64,000 bases of DNA from Candidatus Heimdallarchaeota archaeon (GCA_016840095.1 JAEOSZ010000099.1:1-64000); one strand, 5' to 3'. Shown: positions 49,819 to 59,895, counted from the first letter of the stretch. Made by a program: numbers and translations. The notes: generated by a model from the letters alone, not told the origin.

Positions 49819-50577
49819 GTGAGAAAAATAACAAGAGTAGAGTTAATTCCTTTAAAGCTACCAATAATAGCTATAAATGATGATGTTTCTACTCACATTA
49901 TTAATTCTCTAGAGAAAGAGAAATTAGAGATAATTGATGGAGATGTTTTTGTAATAGCCCATACAATAATCTCAAGAGCTGAAGGTAAAGAATATTTTTT
50001 GCCTGAAATCTCTCCCTCCCCTTTTGCTGAGATTATTGCAAGAAAAACAGGAAAGGATCCTGCCTTAGTACAATTAATTGTTGATGATGCATCAAAGATT
50101 CTTAAAGTTAAAAACAACATTATAATCACAAAAACTAGACATGGATGGATTTGTGCAAATTCTGCTGTAGATCAATCAAATGCTCAACCTAATTGTGCTG
50201 TGACTCTTCCAGATGATTCCAATAAATCGGCTAAGAAAATCTACAAAAAATTAACTAAACATCTGAAAAGAGATCTTTCCATAATCATCTCAGATACGCA
50301 TGGAAGAGCTTTAAGACGAGGTGCAATTAATGTCGCAATTGGTTCCTATAATTTTCCTGTAATTGATGATGCAAGAGGAAGAAAGGATATTTTTGGGTAT
50401 GAACTCACTTCAACAATAGTTGCTTTAGCTGATGAGGTTTCTTCAGCAGCTGAACTTGTAATGGGACAAGCAGGTGAGATGACACCAGTTGTTATTGTAA
50501 GAGGAATGCAGTTTAGATCTCCGATATCTAATATAGAAGAACTTCAATTTGAGGATGAAAGACGTCTTTTCAAATAG
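49819..50577 (+). CDS. cofE: Coenzyme F420-0:L-glutamate ligase
   Basis: IISRAEG, CANSAVDQSN, ISDTHGR, DIFGYEL, ADE..SAAELVMG. Confidence 0.92.
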   Translation: MRKITRVELIPLKLPIIAINDDVSTHIINSLEKEKLEIIDGDVFVIAHTIISRAEGKEYFLPEISPSPFAEIIARKTGKDPALVQLIVDDASKILKVKNNIIITKTRHGWICANSAVDQSNAQPNCAVTLPDDSNKSAKKIYKKLTKHLKRDLSIIISDTHGRALRRGAINVAIGSYNFPVIDDARGRKDIFGYELTSTIVALADEVSSAAELVMGQAGEMTPVVIVRGMQFRSPISNIEELQFEDERRLFK

Positions 50578-50661
50578 AATAATTGCAATTGTCACCAACA
50601 GCAATTTAAAAACATATAATTTTAAACTAGCTTGTAAACCTTCTATTTGAGGTGGCTTCTA

Positions 50662-51381
50662 TTGTTTAAAGGAATGAAAAAATCTTCAACTGAAAAAGCA
50701 AACGAGGAATTAGGTAAAGCAAAGGTAGCTGCCCAACAAAAACATTACATAGATGCTGCTAAGTTTGCAGAAAAGGCAATTGAAATTTTGAAAACGGAAG
50801 ACAATAGAAAGCAAATGGACTTAGCTAAAGCTTTGCATAATGAATATCTTGGTATGGATGCTGTAAAATTCAACAAGGCTCTGGAAGCTGCTAATTATCT
50901 TGGTCGCTCTGGAGGTTTTTATCAAAGATTAGGTATGATTACTGAATATCAGAGAGTATTCGAACAACAAGCTAAGATTCTGCTAGTTATCGCAAAACAG
51001 CTGATGCAAGAAAGAAGGTTCGTAGATGCAGCATCTTATTTTGAACAAGCAGCTATTGCTTATCAGAGGTTAAATAATAAAGCAGAAGAAATGGATTGTA
51101 AAGCCAAATCTTACATTTCTAGAGCTGCAGCTGAAAAACATATATCCGGAAGAAAATTGTATCTCAAAAAAGCTGTAGAATTGATTGAAGAAAGAGGTTC
51201 TGATGAACCCATTATAAAAGCTCATCTTGCCTTTTATAATGGTCTTTTTGTGGAAGATGAAAGACCTGAATTGGCATTGCAGTATTATTCAGATGCTCTT
51301 CAAAATTATCAATTAGCAGGCTCAAAAAGCAGAATCAAAGAAGTAAAAGCAAAGATGGAAAAACTAACACAGAAGATATAA
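50662..51381 (+). CDS. TPR/alpha-solenoid protein (SNAP-like pattern)
   Basis: Repeats DAAKFAEKA, EAANYLGRS, DAASYFEQAAIAY, ALQYYSDALQNY; GAGGTGG RBS before TTG 50662. Confidence 0.75.
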   Translation: MFKGMKKSSTEKANEELGKAKVAAQQKHYIDAAKFAEKAIEILKTEDNRKQMDLAKALHNEYLGMDAVKFNKALEAANYLGRSGGFYQRLGMITEYQRVFEQQAKILLVIAKQLMQERRFVDAASYFEQAAIAYQRLNNKAEEMDCKAKSYISRAAAEKHISGRKLYLKKAVELIEERGSDEPIIKAHLAFYNGLFVEDERPELALQYYSDALQNYQLAGSKSRIKEVKAKMEKLTQKI

Positions 51382-51487
51382 TTGTGCTATCTTGAATGTA
51401 GCTGTTTTATTTTGCGGGGGCAGTAAACAAACATTTAAAAGATTCTTAAGGCATAGATTCCCAAAATAAAAACCGGAGGCTTTACAT

Positions 51488-51739
51488 TTGGTAAGCATAT
51501 TACAAGCACTGAAAGTTTCAATTCTTTTCTTATTTATAGGTTTAATTCCACTACTTGTTGCCCTCCTTTCATTTGCAGCCATGTTGAATAGTGGAGTACT
51601 TAATTTAGGATTTGTTGCAATCGACGGATCTGCCATAGCATACATATGGCTTATTGGTTTAATTGTAGGGTTATTAGTTTTCTTCGTTGGTTTATTCAAA
51701 GCAATTGGAGATATAACAGAATCTGCCTTAATTGAATAA
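51488..51739 (+). CDS. Small two-TM membrane protein
   Basis: GGAGG RBS, TTG start, two hydrophobic segments. Confidence 0.7.
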   Translation: MVSILQALKVSILFLFIGLIPLLVALLSFAAMLNSGVLNLGFVAIDGSAIAYIWLIGLIVGLLVFFVGLFKAIGDITESALIE

Positions 51740-51927
51740 TTCAGAAAATACAAAATACAATTTCCTTCCCTCTCTTTTTGAAATCTTAGTTATTCTTGGT
51801 TAGGTTGTCTATTAACAAGTTTAGAGTTCTTTCCTATTTTTATCCCGCAATAGATTTAAGTGTATTAATTCTACTATTCTCACAGATAGGGTACCATCAT
51901 CTGCTAAATTGATTTAGGAGAATTGAG

Positions 51928-53643
51928 ATGATACAAACATCAGAAGAGAGCATAACTGAAGATACTTCTAGTTTAATGGTACCAAGTAGACTAGAATATA
52001 ACCGAATCTTCAGTCTTTCAAGCTTTGGAAAATTAATTACGATTGGTGCTCTAGTAGGTCTTCTGTATCTAACATATTCTCTTCTAAGTTATTATCTAGA
52101 ATCTTACTATTTCCCATTTGTAGTTATATTTACAATAATCCTCTTTTTTGTAATTTGGGTTTCTAGTCTATATTTTCTATTTTCATTAACTAGTACAGAT
52201 ATAGAAAAAACAGTTATCAAGAAAATCCTTCCTCTGTTGTTAGTTACAGCTTCATTAACAGCCTACTTCGCAACAGTAATTGAGAATAAAGCATTTTTAT
52301 TGGTGTTCACATTTAAGGATCTCTTAACGACAATCGGGGTACCAGGCATTACTTACCAAGTAGCTAATGCAGTGTTGTATGTTTCAGTAATCCCAATTAT
52401 AGAGGAAATAGCCAAAATATTTCCACTTCTTATATTACTTGGTAATTTTGTAAGAGTTAACATTAAGAAGAAGAACATAGTTACCAATCTAATCCCTACA
52501 CACCGATTATTTGTCTTAATAGGAGGGTTTTATGGAGCAACATTTGACTTATTTGAGCAGTTCCTGTCTTTTTCAATATTGAGTAATCCTCCTCAAGGGT
52601 ATTTTACATCAGCATTAACTAATCAAGAAATACTTGATGTTCTAATTAATACTAGAACAGTCTTTCCGTTACATACAATAACTTCTATGTTGCTTGCTTT
52701 CGGTCTAGGTTATGTCTTTATATCTAGAAAGGACAAGAAGAAAATTTTGTCAAGGATATTATTCTTCCTATCTTTTTGTGTATCAGTGGGATTTCACGCA
52801 TATTGGAATTATAATTTCCAGATATTTAATGAGAAATTCACTCTTTCCCAGCTTCATAAAATGGGATACATATCTTATGCATTTTTTGGATTCTTCATCT
52901 TATGGATTGTATTCAAGATCCCTAGACTATGTCCTACGTGTTTTAGTGAGCATCGCTCTAAATACTGTAAAGTAACAGAGAAAGATTTTGAGAAGTATAA
53001 GGAGAAAATTAGAAAGAATAGACGAATTGGACAGCTTGTCGATAGAACTACTAAAATGTTCGTTTGTCCAGAATGTCAATATCCTCTTTACAATGGAGAA
53101 TTTTGTGGCAATTGCTGGTCTTATCCTAAACTTCAGTGTGAAAACTGCAACCAAGTTATTCCATCTTTTAGTAGGAACTGCTGGGCATGTGGTGCTGATC
53201 TTCCAACATTGTTTGAGAAAATGGGCTCTTCATCTCAACCAATTTATATGAATCTCTCTGTTGGTTTTGCTAGAATCCTAAGCATTGGGATATTAATCAT
53301 CTTCGTATTTGTTTTCATAACCATTGATGATACTTTACACTTTTTGGGTAATACAATTTTTCTATTAAATGTCATTATTGCCTTAGGAGTAAGTGTTATT
53401 TGGTATGCGTCACCAAAAAACAGAGTAAAATCAATTCTAGCTTCAATCAACATTACTTCTATTGTAGTATTTTCTCTACTAATAACGACACTTTACCTAT
53501 CTATATTTGCAGTCTTTTTGATAATATCACTCTATCAAATCTTCTTCGGTTTGGTTGGTATAAGTCTGATTCTGCTTGTTGATTCTCTACTTATATTATT
53601 CATAATAAAAGCTTCAAGGGGGACAAATCTCATAATTTTATAG
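51928..53643 (+). CDS. PrsW-family intramembrane protease fused to zinc ribbons and extra TM helices
   Basis: PIIEEIAK, FDLFEQ, PLHT, FHAYWN; CPTC-H-C then CPEC/CGNC/CENC/CWAC. Confidence 0.85.
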   Translation: MIQTSEESITEDTSSLMVPSRLEYNRIFSLSSFGKLITIGALVGLLYLTYSLLSYYLESYYFPFVVIFTIILFFVIWVSSLYFLFSLTSTDIEKTVIKKILPLLLVTASLTAYFATVIENKAFLLVFTFKDLLTTIGVPGITYQVANAVLYVSVIPIIEEIAKIFPLLILLGNFVRVNIKKKNIVTNLIPTHRLFVLIGGFYGATFDLFEQFLSFSILSNPPQGYFTSALTNQEILDVLINTRTVFPLHTITSMLLAFGLGYVFISRKDKKKILSRILFFLSFCVSVGFHAYWNYNFQIFNEKFTLSQLHKMGYISYAFFGFFILWIVFKIPRLCPTCFSEHRSKYCKVTEKDFEKYKEKIRKNRRIGQLVDRTTKMFVCPECQYPLYNGEFCGNCWSYPKLQCENCNQVIPSFSRNCWACGADLPTLFEKMGSSSQPIYMNLSVGFARILSIGILIIFVFVFITIDDTLHFLGNTIFLLNVIIALGVSVIWYASPKNRVKSILASINITSIVVFSLLITTLYLSIFAVFLIISLYQIFFGLVGISLILLVDSLLILFIIKASRGTNLIIL

Positions 53644-53651
53644 GTGATATT

Positions 53652-54638
53652 ATGGCAAGACCAGATTCCACATATGTTCCCCCACAACCTAAGAAGGATA
53701 AAGGGGAATCCCCACCTTTTAAATTTGATTTCAAGTATCTTCTATACAAGTTATTCTTCCCTTCCTTGAAGAATAGAGGGAAAAAGGAATATGTTGGAAT
53801 TCTTGTGAGAAGAAGCTCAACGTATCTAGCAATTGCTTATTCCATTGCTATTATTCTTAGTATAGTCATGTATTATCTTAGCGATCTATCATTATTCTAC
53901 GGACTTATTTGGAGCCCTGAAGAAATCCTTTATCTTCCGTTTCTTTCTACTTTCATTTCACAGAATCTAGATTCTTTGGTGGCCAACTACATAGTAACCA
54001 TTTTTTTACCTTTTTTCTTATCAGGAATAATATGCTCAATAATTTGGGGAGAGGAAGCCAGAGACCTTGTTCTTAGTTCAGCAGTAGTAACTTTTCTATT
54101 GTTCATTACTTTGCATTTGTCACAAGTAATAATATTCAGCTCTTTGGCAGCAAGTATTTCAGGGGTGCTTTCAGGATTTTGGTATTTAGGTTATATTTTC
54201 ATTTTTTCCTTTTCTTTCCTAATAATATGTTCTTTAGGAGGGATTATTGGTGTTCGATTTGGAAAACTGTTTATCAATATGTTCCTTCCTAAAAAAGGAG
54301 CTAAAGTTTCATATTCTAACTTAATACAACCTAAAATGCCTCTTTCTGTTCAAACGATATTTGATTTGGATAAACCCCCAAAATCTGAAGACAGGCAATA
54401 TCATGCTTTATCAATGATTTATATGAATCAGAAGGTAGAGACTCTATTAAAATCAACTGAAAAAGAACATTGTAAGTATTTTGCGGATAGTAAATGTGCA
54501 TACCTTGGCTATGTAACATCAGAACACAAATATCAGATTTGTTTGACAGACTATTGGCCTTTATGTAGAATATATGCTTTCTTAAGTGAAAGCAAAATCA
54601 TAGTCGATGAATCTCTTGGAGGTGATAAGAATGGCTAG
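53652..54638 (+). CDS. Multi-TM membrane protein with C-terminal Cys/His motif
   Basis: 4-5 TMs; HCKYFADSKC...H...C...WPLC; AGGTGA RBS. Confidence 0.75.
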   Translation: MARPDSTYVPPQPKKDKGESPPFKFDFKYLLYKLFFPSLKNRGKKEYVGILVRRSSTYLAIAYSIAIILSIVMYYLSDLSLFYGLIWSPEEILYLPFLSTFISQNLDSLVANYIVTIFLPFFLSGIICSIIWGEEARDLVLSSAVVTFLLFITLHLSQVIIFSSLAASISGVLSGFWYLGYIFIFSFSFLIICSLGGIIGVRFGKLFINMFLPKKGAKVSYSNLIQPKMPLSVQTIFDLDKPPKSEDRQYHALSMIYMNQKVETLLKSTEKEHCKYFADSKCAYLGYVTSEHKYQICLTDYWPLCRIYAFLSESKIIVDESLGGDKNG

Positions 54639-55401
54639 GGATATCTCGAAATATATCAATCTTAGAATCCTCATTCTTATAGCCTGTCTTGTTGTCTTTG
54701 TCTTAGTAAACAGTTCTCAAGAGAATTATGATGGGATTAATGATGTTTCTGTAAGTATACTTACTACAACAAATCTTGGTACCTTTAATTCAACAACAGG
54801 AACTTTACCCACTACTACTGGACCAACTTTTCCTACAAATCCCCCCTCTACTCCCTCAAATGGAGGAATTACACAAACAGGAAAACCCAGTGTACCTTCT
54901 AGAGCTTTACCTATTGGGATAGGAGTAGGAATTGCGATTCTGATATTCTTATTATATTTTAGAAGAAGAAAGGAAGTTACTCATACGAGTCAAAAAACAA
55001 TACAAAAACAATCCATGGTATCTTCAAGAAGAAAGAAATTTAGAACCCAAATTGTAACACTAGTAGAGTTATTGGAGAAATTCTTGAAACATGGTAACTT
55101 TGCAGAAGGGATTATCTTCGGTTATCACCAATTAGATAAAAATATGAAAAGAGTTCTTGGAATTAAGAGAGAAACTTATCTTACACCAAAAGAATTTTCT
55201 ATGTCATTAAGTCTACCTGAGATTTTGCCACACTTCAAAAAGATTGTAGATATTTTCTATGAAGCCCGTTATAGAATATCTCCAATGAACTACGATAATC
55301 TTGAATCCTTTATCCTTGAATTGAAAATTATCAAAGATATGAGTGGTAAAGAAGTCGATATTCAGATAACACAAACAGAAGAAATTGGTGAAGAAATATG
55401 A
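54631..55401 (+). CDS. DUF4129 domain membrane protein
   Basis: Thr/Pro-rich stalk, TM, IIFGY, LTPKEF, FYEARY; GGAGGTGA RBS. Confidence 0.8.
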   Translation: MARDISKYINLRILILIACLVVFVLVNSSQENYDGINDVSVSILTTTNLGTFNSTTGTLPTTTGPTFPTNPPSTPSNGGITQTGKPSVPSRALPIGIGVGIAILIFLLYFRRRKEVTHTSQKTIQKQSMVSSRRKKFRTQIVTLVELLEKFLKHGNFAEGIIFGYHQLDKNMKRVLGIKRETYLTPKEFSMSLSLPEILPHFKKIVDIFYEARYRISPMNYDNLESFILELKIIKDMSGKEVDIQITQTEEIGEEI

Positions 55402-56681
55402 AAATTTCAAAAGCTTTCTTTTCGAAAAAGTATTCACCATTCTTTAAAATGGTAATCCAAACATTGTTACTTTTTGTTATTTTTACGATTCCTTTAAGTA
55501 TCAATATTACTCACACTCCTCCTCCTTATACAATGTATAATACTACTCCAAGTGGGTTATCAATTTTTAATTCATTCCTTCAGGAAAGAGGATTCAATAC
55601 TACTAGAACGATTTTATCTACTGACCCAATTTTGAAACTTCCAGATTCATCAATACTAGTAATCGCTGGAGGAGCAAAAAATTACAGAGCATCAGAAAAA
55701 GCGGTAATTGATTCATTTGTCGCTAGAGGTGGGACACTTCTTCTTCTTGGAGGATCAGGATCCTCATATGATCTTGCAGAATACTTTGGAATTACGATGT
55801 CTGTTTCTATGCTTCTAGCAACAGAAAACTATTATCCCTCACCTGAATACATTTTCACTCATTCTCCAGCAACTATCAATGGAACTTTGTGCTTTGCATA
55901 TTCAAGGGCAATTCTTTATGTTGCTCAAAGTGATCATCAAATTGAAGTTCAATCAATTTCTACTGCTCCTACTGTTTTTATTGATGGGAATGGTGACAAA
56001 ATATGGGATCAGATAGCTGAAGATATTAGAAGCTACAAGGTAGCTGTAGCAGTAAGTAGAGGTTTAGGAACAATCGTTACTATTTCTTCTATGAGTTTTC
56101 TAACTAATGATTTATATCTTGCTGGTTTTGATAATTTGAATCTCACAATTAGTTTGATTGGAGCTTACACTGGAGGAACAGAGCCACTTGTCTGTTTTGA
56201 AGAAAGTCACAAAAGGTGGCCTTTTGCTTCAACTGAAGGCATAATTAATCAGACTTATGGTAGTATTATTTTATTATCCAAAACAAGAATTTTTATTTTC
56301 ATAGTAATTCTTCTTTTATTGTTCTTTTATTACATAACTCCTAGATTCAAAGATGTTTTCAGAACAAAAGAATCCTATAAAAAATTCATTTCAAAAAAGA
56401 TTTGGAGTAGAAGAAGAGAACTATTTGATACTTTTGGGTCACCGATAAATCCTACGGTTGAGGAAAAAATACTATCATATTTGTATTTTCAGCATGAACT
56501 TTATCCAAGAAAAGCTTACAATTATTTTATTTTAGAGAAGATGAAATTTGTACCTTCTCATTTATATGAAGAGGAAGAGAGAGAGCTTTTTGAGCTCGCA
56601 TTATCGAAAAAATTAGATCACGATACATTCCTGTTTCTGTTTAAGAGACTGGAAGTTATACAAAAAAGAAGGCGATATTAA
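55398..56681 (+). CDS. DUF4350 domain membrane protein
   Basis: YNTTPSGLS, FVARGGTLLL, GLGTIVTIS..FLTN, FEESH, TM; ATGA overlap. Confidence 0.8.
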   Translation: MKISKAFFSKKYSPFFKMVIQTLLLFVIFTIPLSINITHTPPPYTMYNTTPSGLSIFNSFLQERGFNTTRTILSTDPILKLPDSSILVIAGGAKNYRASEKAVIDSFVARGGTLLLLGGSGSSYDLAEYFGITMSVSMLLATENYYPSPEYIFTHSPATINGTLCFAYSRAILYVAQSDHQIEVQSISTAPTVFIDGNGDKIWDQIAEDIRSYKVAVAVSRGLGTIVTISSMSFLTNDLYLAGFDNLNLTISLIGAYTGGTEPLVCFEESHKRWPFASTEGIINQTYGSIILLSKTRIFIFIVILLLLFFYYITPRFKDVFRTKESYKKFISKKIWSRRRELFDTFGSPINPTVEEKILSYLYFQHELYPRKAYNYFILEKMKFVPSHLYEEEERELFELALSKKLDHDTFLFLFKRLEVIQKRRRY

Positions 56682-57625
56682 TGACACAAGTACAAGAAAC
56701 TAAAGAGATTTTTGGCAAAATAATGGGCGAAATGAAAAAACGGATAGTTGGAAATGATAATGTTATTGAACTAATGTTTGCTTCACTTTTAAGTGGGGGA
56801 CATGTTCTTCTAGAAGGTGTCCCAGGGATTGCTAAAACCTTAATGGCCAGCACTTTAGCAGAAGTTATCAAAGTGGGTTTTAAGCGTATTCAGTTTACAA
56901 GCGATCTGATGCCTGCAGATATTACTGGTGGAAATATATACGAAAGAGAGACTAGTTCTTTCAATTTCATTGAAGGTCCAGTATTCACAAATGTTCTTTT
57001 AACTGATGAGATAAACAGAGCACCACCGAAAACACAATCTGCATTATTAGAAGCAATGCAAGAAAAACAAGTTTCTTCTGGGAAGAAAACATACAAACTA
57101 CCAGAACCATTTATGGTTATTGCTACACAGAATCCAATAGAATCAACTGGTGTTTATCCTCTCCCAGAGGCCCAAATCGACCGTTTTCTTGTTAAGATAC
57201 CCGTTTATCCTCCTTCTCTCCAAGGAGAAATTTCAATGTTAACAAAGAAGAAAGATGAAATGTTTGCTGATGTAAATGCCGTTACAAAAAAGGATACTTT
57301 GAAGAAATTATCGAATGAGATCGAAAAAAGTGTAATTCTTAGTAACCAAATAATTGAGTACATTGCAAAACTAGTTGTTGCTACAAGATCAGTACCATCT
57401 TTAGCTTTAGGGGCAAGTCCCAGAGGTTCTATAGCTCTGTTAACCTTAAGCAGATCCATTGCTGCAATAAGAGGAAGAGATTTTGTAGAACCCGATGATA
57501 TCAAAGCAATTTTCTTTCCAGTGATGAATCACAGATTAATACTGTCCCCTGAAGCTGAAATTGAACAAATTAGAGTTTCAGAAATTATCCAAAATATACT
57601 ATCAGAAGTTGAAGTAGTAATTTAG
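56681..57625 (+). CDS. moxR: MoxR AAA+ ATPase
   Basis: HVLLEGVPGIAKT, RIQFTSDLMPADITG, DEINRAPPKTQSALLEAMQE, ATQNP, GASPRG. Confidence 0.97.
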   Translation: MTQVQETKEIFGKIMGEMKKRIVGNDNVIELMFASLLSGGHVLLEGVPGIAKTLMASTLAEVIKVGFKRIQFTSDLMPADITGGNIYERETSSFNFIEGPVFTNVLLTDEINRAPPKTQSALLEAMQEKQVSSGKKTYKLPEPFMVIATQNPIESTGVYPLPEAQIDRFLVKIPVYPPSLQGEISMLTKKKDEMFADVNAVTKKDTLKKLSNEIEKSVILSNQIIEYIAKLVVATRSVPSLALGASPRGSIALLTLSRSIAAIRGRDFVEPDDIKAIFFPVMNHRLILSPEAEIEQIRVSEIIQNILSEVEVVI

Positions 57626-57641
57626 AAATGGTTAGAGGAAG

Positions 57642-59024
57642 ATGAACATGGATGATGAACAATTCTTTGAATTAACAAAGAATGGAAAGATTTTCATTCT
57701 TTTGGGAAGTTTGTCAGTTATTCTAGGTTTATCTATTGATAACTATCTTTTAATCATTCCAGGGTTATTTTTTTGGTTAATAATAGCTTCAGCATTTGTT
57801 CACTACTTAACAACACAAGATGTTTCTTTTGAGACAGATATGAGGATATCAAAAGAGTATCTAAGAAGTAGAGGATTATTAGCTGTTGCAGTATCTTTAA
57901 CCAACATATCAAACAAAAAACTTAGGATAAAAACTAAATTACAATTTTCCTACCATTTCCGTAGTATTAACCAACCAGATCATTTGTATCTAAAATTGGA
58001 ACCTAATCAAACACAGAACATAGTTTGGATTTTGTTAGCAGCAAGAAGAGGGAATGCTGAAATTGGACCTATTGAAATAGCTGTAGGTCCTCATCAGCAG
58101 CTGTTCAAGAACATACGAATTCTAAAGAAAGTTGAAACAATAAAGATACTCCCGCAGAGACCACGTATCAATATACCTTGGAAAACCAAAAAAGAATTAC
58201 TTCTTAAGATGGTTCATGAATTTGCTCAAAGAATCAAGGGACGTGGAGATGAGTTCTTTGCTTTACGTGACTACCTCCCCGGAGATGAGGTCAAACATAT
58301 AGATTGGTACGCTACTGCTAGACATGATAAATTAATTACTAAGGAATATGAAGATGAAAGAAATCTCCATTTTCTGATATATCTAGATTTAGGGAGTGCG
58401 ATGTTTGGACCTAAATTCGAATATTCTTTGTCATCAGCTGTGGAAATTTCTTCCCTAATAAGAGGAACAAGTCATGATTTAGCTGTGATTGCATATGGAG
58501 ATTATGTGAATAAATTCATTGTTCCTCAGGTTGGAAAGAACGAATTGAGATTAATGCTGAATCTATATGATATAGAACCAATTGGTGTTGAGAGCAATTT
58601 TATTAATGCTGTGAAATTTACCAGAACAAATCGGTTATATCATTCCATTGCAATCATCTTTTCAGATTTAGAAGGGGATTTAAAGAGAAAGCTTCAAGGC
58701 TTACACTTACTTCACTCAATGGGAAGTAGAGTTATATTTGTTAATTTTTCTACAATGGATTTCAACATTCTTGCTTCTTCAGATTTGGTTATTGAAGATG
58801 CGGAAAATAAAGAATATCAGGACATTATGAAGGATATTTTTCCAAGTTTGGTGAGAGATGAATATCAAAGGAGAGAAATGGAAGTAAGGAGAATTCTTTA
58901 CTCAATAGGTGGAGATTATGTTGAGATTAATGGGTATGAAGATAACATAATTCTTTCCTTATATAGGCTGATGAAAAAATACTCTCCATCACATAGATTA
59001 GTACAAGAAGCATTGGGACGATAA
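57642..59024 (+). CDS. DUF58 (vWA-like) protein
   Basis: GRGDEFFALRDYLPGDEVKHIDWYATAR, KEYEDE, LDLGSAM, FSDL. Confidence 0.92.
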   Translation: MNMDDEQFFELTKNGKIFILLGSLSVILGLSIDNYLLIIPGLFFWLIIASAFVHYLTTQDVSFETDMRISKEYLRSRGLLAVAVSLTNISNKKLRIKTKLQFSYHFRSINQPDHLYLKLEPNQTQNIVWILLAARRGNAEIGPIEIAVGPHQQLFKNIRILKKVETIKILPQRPRINIPWKTKKELLLKMVHEFAQRIKGRGDEFFALRDYLPGDEVKHIDWYATARHDKLITKEYEDERNLHFLIYLDLGSAMFGPKFEYSLSSAVEISSLIRGTSHDLAVIAYGDYVNKFIVPQVGKNELRLMLNLYDIEPIGVESNFINAVKFTRTNRLYHSIAIIFSDLEGDLKRKLQGLHLLHSMGSRVIFVNFSTMDFNILASSDLVIEDAENKEYQDIMKDIFPSLVRDEYQRREMEVRRILYSIGGDYVEINGYEDNIILSLYRLMKKYSPSHRLVQEALGR

Positions 59025-59025
59025 T

Positions 59026-59832
59026 ATGAGAATCAGAGATAAAGTTTACGAAGATGATTGGAAACAAACTAGAAAGATTGCTCCTGGTTCCCAAATCATG
59101 ATATTTTGTCATCACCTTTTTGGAATAGCTGCAATTGCAGTGATAATTCTCCAATCTGTTCTGAGTTTAAATATCTATATTTTCACTATATGGCTTATTA
59201 TAGGTGTTATTAATCTCATGTTAGATCTTGTTAGAGGAGGAGATCTAAATCTTAGAAATGAATTAAGTTTTGGTTTCTTCTTTATTCTAGGTACTGGAAT
59301 ATCTCTGCTATTAGCTAATGTGAACTCAATGTTCTTTCCAGATACACTAGGTAGAATAGATATCATATTATTTCAAATATCTGCAGGTATTTGCATAGGA
59401 GTAAGATTGCTTCTATCTCTGTTCTTCTTGGAGTTCTATTCACATGAGAGATTCTATGTTACACCTATTAGTGATTATTCAAGAGAACAAGTGAAGAATT
59501 ATGAAGATAACTTAACCTTAACAGATTTTGAGAGAAAGGTTATCAAAGAACTCGATGTATTTCAGAAGTGGTGGATATTGATTAAAAAGATGTTATGGCC
59601 ACTTATTTCTATTCTAATTCTAGTTTTGTTTGCAGTTATTTACTCTCTAGTTATATATTATATTATACCTCAAAACTCTATAGCTGAGTTTATTATACGT
59701 CCCTCTTTAATTGTAGTTGCGATTCTATATACAATCCTTCTCATCAGAATGAATGCTGTCTTACCTAAAATTAGAGATGAACCTACTTTATTAATGAAGG
59801 ATGATGAAGAAGTTTCTGATTCTGAAGAATAG
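59026..59832 (+). CDS. Six-TM membrane protein
   Basis: Hydrophobic segments; begins 1 nt after the DUF58 stop. Confidence 0.8.
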   Translation: MRIRDKVYEDDWKQTRKIAPGSQIMIFCHHLFGIAAIAVIILQSVLSLNIYIFTIWLIIGVINLMLDLVRGGDLNLRNELSFGFFFILGTGISLLLANVNSMFFPDTLGRIDIILFQISAGICIGVRLLLSLFFLEFYSHERFYVTPISDYSREQVKNYEDNLTLTDFERKVIKELDVFQKWWILIKKMLWPLISILILVLFAVIYSLVIYYIIPQNSIAEFIIRPSLIVVAILYTILLIRMNAVLPKIRDEPTLLMKDDEEVSDSEE

Positions 59833-59895
59833 CTTCATCAACTCTCTATTAATTTAGTTAACGTAAATAATTGATATAATGTAAAAGAGAAAAAC

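Noticed and set aside
51412-51851. TTGCGGG/CCCGCAA inverted pair flanking the small membrane gene, as a possible MITE
   Set aside because: Only 7 bp, no target-site duplication, and the right copy sits where a BRE would be.
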